Source: Candidatus Enterosoma merdigallinarum (GTDB lineage: Bacteria > Bacillota_I > Bacilli_A > RFN20 > CAG-288). Taken from it: a stretch of DNA of 64,000 nucleotides. Under the pieces are notes generated by a model. That model ran no database searches. It worked only from the letters and a program-made list of their open reading frames with translations, and was not told where the DNA came from. Each line of letters begins with the position of its first letter. Position 1 is the stretch's first letter. Shown in pieces: positions 57,608 to 64,000 of the stretch. The stretch lies in assembly GCA_018714385.1 (NCBI GenBank), contig DVNL01000002.1:27619-91618 (forward strand). The letters run 5' to 3'. A program made the translations under genes and the position numbers.

Positions 57608-58723
57608 ATGAGCTTAACCGCCGGTATCGTCGGCTTGCCCAATGTCGGCAAGTCCACTCTCTTCAACGCTATAACCAACAGCAATGTCCTTGCCGAGAAC
57701 TATCCCTTCGCCACGATCCAGCCCAACACGGGAGTCGTCGAGGTCAAGGATCCGAGATTCGACAAGCTCGTCGAGATTTTTAATCCCAAGAAGCAGGTCC
57801 GGGCGACTTTCGAGTTCACCGACATCGCCGGCCTGGTCAAGGGGGCGAGCAGGGGTGAGGGCCTCGGCAATCAGTTCCTCGGAAATATCCGCAACACGGA
57901 CTGCATCGTCCACGTGGTCCGCTGCTTCGACAACCAGGACGTCATTTCCTATAACGGCCGGCCGGTCGATCCGCTCACCGATGCGATCGAAGTCAATCTC
58001 GAACTCATTCTTTCCGATATCGATGTCCTCAAGAAACGCCTCGACAAGATTGGCAGGCGCGCCCAGATGACCAAGGACAAGGAAGGACTCATCGAGATTT
58101 CCGCCATCAACAAGATTCTCGATTGTCTCCAGCACGAGAAGATGGCAAAGGAAGCCGAGCTTTCCCTCGAGGAAAAGGAAAAGGTCTCCGATTTCGCCCT
58201 CATCACGATGAAACCGGTGATTTATGTCGGAAATGTCGACGAGGAGAGCTATGCCGATCCGATGAAGAACGAGCACTTTGTCCGCCTTGTGGAATATGCC
58301 AAGAGCCAGGGGGCGGAATGCATCCCTGTCTCCGCCCTCATTGAGGAAGAGCTCTCGAAAGTCTCCCCGGAGGACAGGAAGGAATACCTGGAATCGCTCG
58401 GTACGTCCTTGACCGGCCTGGACAAGATCACCATGGCGGCCTATCACATCCTCGGCCTTCGGACATTCTTCACCGGCGGAGAGGACGAGGTTCGTGCCTG
58501 GACTTTCCGAGACGGTATGACCGCCCCGGAATGCGCCGGCGTCATCCATTCCGACTTCCAGAAGTTCTTCCTCAAGGCAGAGGTTTATGCCTATGAGGAT
58601 CTGATCCGCTTCGGAACGGAAGCGGAGGTGAAGGCCAACGGGAAGATGATGACCGTCGGCAAAGACTATCGCGTCAAGGACGGGGACATTCTCTATATCC
58701 GTTCCGCTGCCGCGAAGAAGTGA
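57608..58723 (+). CDS. ychF: redox-regulated ribosome-binding ATPase YchF
   Basis: MSLTAGIVGLPNVGKSTLFNAIT, DIAGLVKGAS and a TGS domain. The start at 57608 follows a GAGG RBS. Confidence 0.93.
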   Translation: MSLTAGIVGLPNVGKSTLFNAITNSNVLAENYPFATIQPNTGVVEVKDPRFDKLVEIFNPKKQVRATFEFTDIAGLVKGASRGEGLGNQFLGNIRNTDCIVHVVRCFDNQDVISYNGRPVDPLTDAIEVNLELILSDIDVLKKRLDKIGRRAQMTKDKEGLIEISAINKILDCLQHEKMAKEAELSLEEKEKVSDFALITMKPVIYVGNVDEESYADPMKNEHFVRLVEYAKSQGAECIPVSALIEEELSKVSPEDRKEYLESLGTSLTGLDKITMAAYHILGLRTFFTGGEDEVRAWTFRDGMTAPECAGVIHSDFQKFFLKAEVYAYEDLIRFGTEAEVKANGKMMTVGKDYRVKDGDILYIRSAAAKK

Positions 58724-58731
58724 GGAGAGAT

Positions 58732-59214
58732 ATGACGGACATTCGAACGGGCTTCGGCTACGATATCCATCGGCTTGTCGAAGGCGAGTATCTTCTTCTG
58801 GGACGCGTCCGCATCCCGGCGGACAAGATGATCGACGCCCACTCCGACGGGGACATTGTCCTCCATTCCCTCGCCCAGGCTATCTTTTCGTCTCTCGGTC
58901 TTGAGGACATCGGGACGTATTTCCCGGATAACAGCGGCGAGACGGCAGGAATCGATTCTTCCGTCCTCGTCAACACGGCGATGAAGGAAATGGAGGAAAG
59001 GCAATTTCGCCTTTCCAACGTCACCGTCGCGATCGTCCTCCAGAAACCGAAGCTGAAAGAGTACAAGCCTCTCATCAAGACGAACCTTTCGCACCTGCTT
59101 GGCCTTCCGGAGGAGAGAATCGCCGTCCATGCCAACACCTCGGAACGCCTTGGACCTGTCGGCGAAGGAAAGGCCGTCGTCTGCTATTGCGTCGTGACGA
59201 TCGTCAAGGATTAG
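58732..59214 (+). CDS. ispF: 2-C-methyl-D-erythritol 2,4-cyclodiphosphate synthase
   Basis: GFGYDIHRL and AHSDGDIVLHSL motifs. The start at 58732 follows RBS GAGGAG. Confidence 0.9.
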   Translation: MTDIRTGFGYDIHRLVEGEYLLLGRVRIPADKMIDAHSDGDIVLHSLAQAIFSSLGLEDIGTYFPDNSGETAGIDSSVLVNTAMKEMEERQFRLSNVTVAIVLQKPKLKEYKPLIKTNLSHLLGLPEERIAVHANTSERLGPVGEGKAVVCYCVVTIVKD

Positions 59215-59224
59215 GAGAAAACAA

Positions 59225-60883
59225 ATGGATATTCAAGACACCATCAAGAAGGAAGTCGCCCGGGTTCTGAAGGAATTGGGCGTGGAAATCGAAGAGAAGG
59301 AGATCCTTCTCTCTGCAAGCGATACACGGGAGCATGGCGACTACACGACGAACATCGCCTTTAAGAAGGCGAAGGCTCTTTCTCTGGCCCCGCTTGCCTT
59401 GGCCGAGAAGATCGCGGACAGGATCCGGTTCGACGGCCTTGAGAAATGCGAGGCGGTCAAGCCCGGTTTTATCAACTTCTTCCTCAAGTCCGATGAACTC
59501 GGGCAGGTCATCAAGGAGATTCTCGACAAGAAGGAGCACTTCGGCGATGTCACGCTTGGAAAGGGAACGACGATCAACGTAGAATATGTCTCCGCCAATC
59601 CGACGGGCACGCTCCATCTCGGTCATGCCAGAGGGGCTGCCTTGGGAGACAGCATCAGCCGCATCCTGAAGAAGGCGGGCTATAACGTCACCAGGGAATA
59701 CTACATCAACGATGCCGGCAACCAGATCGATCATCTCGGCGAGTCCCTCATCGCCCGCTATCTCCAGCTTTTCGGCATCGACGCCCCGGTTCCGGAGGAT
59801 GGTTACCACGGCGAGGAAATCATTCGCATCGCAAAGAGCCTCAAGGATGAGGTCGGCGATGCTTACGTGGAAAACGCTAGGGAACATATCGATTTCTTCA
59901 AGAAATACGGCAGTCGCCTTCTTTTGGAATTCATCAAGCAGGATCTTCATGCCTTCCGGGTCGATCAAGACGTCTACACTTCCGAAAAGGCGATTCGTGA
60001 ACGTGGAGCAGTCGAAGATGTCCTGGAAAAATTGAAGCCGTATTGCTATGAAAGCGAAGGAGCTCTCTTCCTCGACACAAAGAAAGATGGCGATGACAAA
60101 GACCGCGTATTGGTCAAATCCGATGGCAGCTACACCTATCTTCTTCCGGACATCGCCTACCATGACGACAAGTTCTCCAGGGGCTTCGACAGGCTCGTGG
60201 ATCTCTTCGGTGCCGATCATCATGGCTATATCACCCGTCTCAAGAGCGCCGTCAAGGATCTTGGCCATGATCCGGAGAAACTTGATGTCTGTCTCGTCCA
60301 GATGGTCCGTCTCTTCAAGGACGGCGAGGAGTTCAAGATGAGCAAGAGAACAGGCAATGCCATCTCCATGAAGGAGCTCATCGAGGAATGCGGCGTCGAC
60401 GCGGTGCGCTATTTCTTCGTCTCCCGCAGCGGCAATTCCCATCTCGATTTCGATATCGACCTCGCCAAGAGCCTCGGAAGCGAGAATCCTGTCTATTACG
60501 CCCAATACACACACGCCAGGCTTTGCGGCATCCTTCTCAACGGCAAGGCCTTCCTGCCTTTCGAGCCCAAAGGGGATCTGTTGACTTCCGAGAGCGAGAG
60601 AAGCCTTCTCCTTCTTCTGAAGAACTATCCGGAGATCATCGCTTCCGCAGCCAAGGAACTGGAGCCTTACAAAGTCACCAACTATATCCATTCCCTCGCC
60701 ATGGCGATCAACGAATTCTATACGAAGTGCCGCGTCCTCGACGACAAGGATCCTTCGCTTTCCAAGCAGAGGCTTGCCCTGGTCGATGCCTGCCGCATCG
60801 TTTTGGCGGACAGCCTTTCCCTCATCGGCGTCTCCGCCCCGGAGAGGATGGTTTCCAGGGACAAGGAGGAGTCCGGCCTTTAG
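59225..60883 (+). CDS. argS: arginine--tRNA ligase
   Basis: 552 aa with class I HIGH-type motif NPTGTLHLGHARG and KMSKR-like FKMSKRTG. Confidence 0.95.
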   Translation: MDIQDTIKKEVARVLKELGVEIEEKEILLSASDTREHGDYTTNIAFKKAKALSLAPLALAEKIADRIRFDGLEKCEAVKPGFINFFLKSDELGQVIKEILDKKEHFGDVTLGKGTTINVEYVSANPTGTLHLGHARGAALGDSISRILKKAGYNVTREYYINDAGNQIDHLGESLIARYLQLFGIDAPVPEDGYHGEEIIRIAKSLKDEVGDAYVENAREHIDFFKKYGSRLLLEFIKQDLHAFRVDQDVYTSEKAIRERGAVEDVLEKLKPYCYESEGALFLDTKKDGDDKDRVLVKSDGSYTYLLPDIAYHDDKFSRGFDRLVDLFGADHHGYITRLKSAVKDLGHDPEKLDVCLVQMVRLFKDGEEFKMSKRTGNAISMKELIEECGVDAVRYFFVSRSGNSHLDFDIDLAKSLGSENPVYYAQYTHARLCGILLNGKAFLPFEPKGDLLTSESERSLLLLLKNYPEIIASAAKELEPYKVTNYIHSLAMAINEFYTKCRVLDDKDPSLSKQRLALVDACRIVLADSLSLIGVSAPERMVSRDKEESGL

Positions 60884-60962
60884 CTCTTAGCTAAAGTATT
60901 GTATACTGAATAAGTTTCTGCTTTCGCAATCATAAAAAGACAATAGACAAAGGAGAGATAAA

Positions 60963-61385
60963 ATGCCTGCAAGAAAGTCATTAGTTGATGCCGCCTACGA
61001 TGTCCTCACCCGCCGTTACGACGAGAAGAATGAAAGCGTTCCGATGGCCTTCAACGAACTGCTTCTCGCCGTCGGAAAGGAGCTAGGCATCACCGAGGAG
61101 AGCGAACTCATCGACATCGCCAGCAAGTTCTACACCTCCTTGACCGTCGACGGCCGTTTCGTCATCAAGGAGAACAACACCTGGGTCCTTCGCGATCATG
61201 AACTCTTCTCCAACATCCACATCGACATGAACGCCGTCTACGTCGACGACGAAGACAAGGATGTCGACGAGGAAGAGAGAGAGGAAGGCGACGAGGACGA
61301 GGAAGGCGAAAGGGACGACGAGGAAGAGGAGGAAGAAGACGAAGGCGGCGATTTGCTCGCCGACGAGGATTCCGACAACGACTAA
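60963..61385 (+). CDS. rpoE: RNA polymerase delta subunit
   Basis: 140 aa. HARE-HTH-like N-domain (SLVDAAYDVL...DGRFV...WVLRDH) and a poly-acidic D/E tail. Confidence 0.8.
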   Translation: MPARKSLVDAAYDVLTRRYDEKNESVPMAFNELLLAVGKELGITEESELIDIASKFYTSLTVDGRFVIKENNTWVLRDHELFSNIHIDMNAVYVDDEDKDVDEEEREEGDEDEEGERDDEEEEEEDEGGDLLADEDSDND

Positions 61386-61423
61386 AGCCCTGACAGGGCT
61401 TTTTCCTTCGAGGTCAAAAATAT

Positions 61424-62383
61424 ATGGAAAACCTGGAATCGATTCGCGATGAAATCTTTCGGATCATCGAACGGTACGACACGATCGTGATCTTCGGGCA
61501 TGCCAATCCCGACGGCGATTGCGTCGGCTCCGTCATGGGACTCCGCCACGCTCTCCGGGAGCTCTATCCGGAGAAGAAGATCTACGGTGTCGGCACCCAT
61601 CCGTCCTATCTTCCCACCTTCATCGAGGAAAGCGACGAAATCGACGATGCCACCGTCGAGAAGGCCTTGGCCGTCCTCGTCGACCTCTCCGACTTGGGAA
61701 GGGTCGAGGACCAGCGCATCCTCAAAGCCAAGGAAATCGTCTGCTTCGACCATCATGTCGCCGACAAGGACGAATACGCCTTCCCTGTCTATCGCGACGA
61801 GACGGCCCCTTCGGCGACGTACATCCTGGCGAAGGTCTTGCTCGAGCGTTTCGGATTCATCCCCAAGAAGGCCGCCCCCTATCTTTTTGTCGGCCTCGTC
61901 ACGGACACGGGCCGCTTCCAATACGATTGCGCCCCGGCGACCTTGAAGATGGCGGCGACGCTGGTTGAATGCGGCGTCGACTGCAAGAGCATCTACAAGG
62001 ATCTTTACCGCCAGAATAGTCTCGATCTGCGCTATCGTGCCTTCGTCTATGATCATTTCCGCTTCGACGGGCTGGTCTCCTATTGCTGCGTCAGCAAGGC
62101 CGAGTACACGAAGCTTGGCCTCACCCAGAACGACGCGGGAGGGAAGGTCAATCTGCTCTCCCTTTTGGACAACCATCCCATCTGGGCTTTCTTCACGGAG
62201 CAGGACGACGGCATCATCCGCTGCGAGCTGAGAAGCGACGGCTATTACAACGTCCAGGAGGTGGCCAAGCGCTTCGGCGGCGGCGGCCACATCCCGGCGG
62301 CGGGGTGTCGCATCGACTCCTTCGACAAGGTCCCCGAGGTCGTCAAGGCGCTCAATGAGGCCGGGAAGGTCGAGAATGCCTGA
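61424..62383 (+). CDS. nrnA: DHH/DHHA1 phosphoesterase (NrnA-type nanoRNase / pAp phosphatase)
   Basis: Motifs IFGHANPDGDCVGS, DHH (FDHHV) and GGGGH. Confidence 0.85.
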   Translation: MENLESIRDEIFRIIERYDTIVIFGHANPDGDCVGSVMGLRHALRELYPEKKIYGVGTHPSYLPTFIEESDEIDDATVEKALAVLVDLSDLGRVEDQRILKAKEIVCFDHHVADKDEYAFPVYRDETAPSATYILAKVLLERFGFIPKKAAPYLFVGLVTDTGRFQYDCAPATLKMAATLVECGVDCKSIYKDLYRQNSLDLRYRAFVYDHFRFDGLVSYCCVSKAEYTKLGLTQNDAGGKVNLLSLLDNHPIWAFFTEQDDGIIRCELRSDGYYNVQEVAKRFGGGGHIPAAGCRIDSFDKVPEVVKALNEAGKVENA

Positions 62384-63161
62384 TATCGAAAAGATCCTTT
62401 CCGCCATGGTCGATGCCGGGAGGAAAGCCTCCCTGGCGATCATGGACATCTACCGGAAAGGATTCGATGTCACGCTGAAGGAGGACTTTTCGCCGGTGAC
62501 GGACGCCGATCTTGCCTCCGACGGCATCATCCGGAGGACTCTTCCTCTCGGAGAGGACATCGCCTATCTTTCCGAGGAGGAGGCCGACGACAAGAGCCGT
62601 CTTGGCAAGAAGGCTCTCTTCATCGTCGACCCGCTCGACGGGACGCAGGACTTCGTCGAGAAGGACGGTTCCTTCTCCGTCAACATCGCCTATGTCGAGG
62701 ATCACACCCCTATCGTCGGCGCGATCTTCCTGCCCGTCGAGGATGCCTATTGCTATGCCGTCCGCGGCAGGGGTGCCTTCTTCGTCAAGGATGGGGTGGA
62801 AGAGAGAATCCACGTCTCCGATAGAAGGAAGGATCTCGTCTATCTTGCCAGCCGGACCCACGAGAACGAAAAGGAAAAGGCGGTATACGAAAGGCACGCC
62901 GACCTCATCGGAAAGGTGGAAAGGCTCGGGGCGTCGATGAAAGGCGTCTATCTCGCCTGCGGAAAGGGAGATGCCTCCATCCGCTACACCGGCATGACAA
63001 AGGAGTGGGACACCTGCGCGATGGACCTGATCGTCCGGGAAGCCGGCGGGGTCTTCAAGGACACGGAGCTCAAGCCCTTTGTCTACAATCGGGAAGACGT
63101 CTACAATCGCAAAGGCTATTGCATGTTCAACAGGATCGAAAACGCCATCCTGTTGGATTAA
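62376..63161 (+). CDS. inositol-monophosphatase-family phosphatase (CysQ/SuhB-like)
   Basis: Motifs YLSEEE, VDPLDGT and WDTCA. The start at 62376 overlaps the nrnA stop by 8 nt. The ORF track starts at 62355. Confidence 0.8.
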   Translation: MPDIEKILSAMVDAGRKASLAIMDIYRKGFDVTLKEDFSPVTDADLASDGIIRRTLPLGEDIAYLSEEEADDKSRLGKKALFIVDPLDGTQDFVEKDGSFSVNIAYVEDHTPIVGAIFLPVEDAYCYAVRGRGAFFVKDGVEERIHVSDRRKDLVYLASRTHENEKEKAVYERHADLIGKVERLGASMKGVYLACGKGDASIRYTGMTKEWDTCAMDLIVREAGGVFKDTELKPFVYNREDVYNRKGYCMFNRIENAILLD

Positions 63162-63170
63162 AAGATTTGA

Positions 63171-63206
63171 AAAGAAAAGACCGGGCGAGGACCCGGCCTT
63201 TTTCTT
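63171..63206. terminator. weak bidirectional terminator between convergent genes
   Basis: 5-bp GC stem CCGGG/CCCGG, with an A-rich run on the left and TTTTTC on the right. Confidence 0.4.
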
Positions 63207-63219
63207 TGTCGAATTTCTT

Positions 63220-63876
63220 TTACTTCTTGAGACTTGCCGTCTTGGCGGCATCCTTGCGGAATGTCTCAAGACCGGCGGCGGTCAGAGGATGCTCGATTAA
63301 CTTGGCGAGTACCTTGTAGGGGATGGTCGCGACGTCGACGCCGGCGATGGCGGCCTGCTGGACGTGGTCGACGCTTCGGACGGAAGCGGCGATGATCTTC
63401 GACTCGTAGCCGAAGTTTCTCTTGATGTCGACGATATCCTCCAAAAGGGTGATGCCATTCCACCCATTATCGTCGAGTCTTCCGAGGAACGGGGAGATGT
63501 AGGTTGCGTGGCTCTCCATCGCCAGGAGCGCCTGGGCGGGGGAGAAGCACAGGGTGACGTTGGTCGGGATGTTTGCCTCGTAGAGCTTCTTGCATGCCTT
63601 CAATCCCTCGATGGTCATCGGGAGCTTGATGACGATGTTCTCAGGCTTGATCTGGTACAGCTCGTGAGCCTGGGCGAGCATGCCTTCCGCCGTCTCTTCC
63701 GTGACTTCGGCGGAGATCGGACCGTCGATCATCTGGGCGATCCTTTCGATGACTTCCTTCTGAGTGAGTCCCTCCTTGGCGATCAGGGAGGGGTTGGTGG
63801 TCACGCCGCTGACGAAGGGCCATTTGGATGCTTCTTCGATCTCTTGGAGATTTGCGGTGTCGATGAACAGCTTCAT
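63220..63876 (-). CDS. tal: transaldolase-family protein (short TalB/Fsa type)
   Basis: MKLFIDTANLQEIEE...GVTTNPSL. Start at Met15 of the tracked ORF (63876). Confidence 0.88.
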   Translation of the reverse strand: MKLFIDTANLQEIEEASKWPFVSGVTTNPSLIAKEGLTQKEVIERIAQMIDGPISAEVTEETAEGMLAQAHELYQIKPENIVIKLPMTIEGLKACKKLYEANIPTNVTLCFSPAQALLAMESHATYISPFLGRLDDNGWNGITLLEDIVDIKRNFGYESKIIAASVRSVDHVQQAAIAGVDVATIPYKVLAKLIEHPLTAAGLETFRKDAAKTASLKK

Positions 63877-63943
63877 TTCTTCTTTTTTCTTTTCCTTTCT
63901 TTTTCTTCCCGCCACCATTATAAGGCAAAGTTCTCTGGATAGA

Positions 63944-63969
63944 GAAAGAAAAAAGAGGCAGAGCCTCTT
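63944..63969 (-). terminator. Rho-independent terminator of a gene entering from the right edge
   Basis: Stem AAGAGGC/GCCTCTT with loop AGA and a T-run on the minus strand. A possible stop codon lies at 63969-63971, but the upstream CDS is too short to call. Confidence 0.5.
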
Positions 63970-64000
63970 TAGATGCGTTTGGGGTTTCTGTCGTCGGGAT

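Overview
This 64-kb chromosomal window appears to come from a Bacillota or Mollicutes-related bacterium. That placement is an inference from the RNA polymerase delta subunit rpoE, the ecfA1-ecfA2-ecfT module, a lipobox on ATP synthase subunit b, and surface enzymes anchored by TM helices. Most of the window is housekeeping core. It holds the ECF energizing module, comEB, a complete F1Fo operon (atpI-B-E-F-H-A-G-D-C), tRNA-Val(GAC) and tRNA-Ser(UGA), and upp. It also holds a GT4 glycosyltransferase, a dnaE-polA-(fpg::coaE fusion) operon, rlmB plus a SigH-like sigma factor, pnp, a second GT4 plus an MFS transporter, and an M32 carboxypeptidase. A xyloside/xylose locus follows (AraC regulator, domain-permuted GH3, a 702-aa multi-TM Ig-like protein, xylA, xylB, GH43). 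The rest is nnrD, a GT2, mscS, a repeat lipoprotein, ychF-ispF-argS-rpoE-nrnA-cysQ-like, and tal. Two AT-rich accessory islands interrupt the core. Island 1 (about 10.97-21.65 kb) starts exactly at the 3' end of tRNA-Ser. It opens with two ~370-bp imperfect direct repeats bracketing an AAA+/DUF4143 ATPase, followed by several decayed genes and a MerR-controlled flavodoxin/hydrolase cluster. Island 2 (about 34.7-37.96 kb) is a type II restriction-modification cassette: a Dam-like methylase, an uncharacterised 431-aa PD-(D/E)xK protein and a divergent HTH controller. I saw no CRISPR array, rRNA, integrase or transposase. The most unusual item is the repeat-bracketed ATPase cassette next to tRNA-Ser. 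I could not identify a clearly novel multi-gene system with confidence. All homology calls come from reading the translations and motifs, not from database searches.
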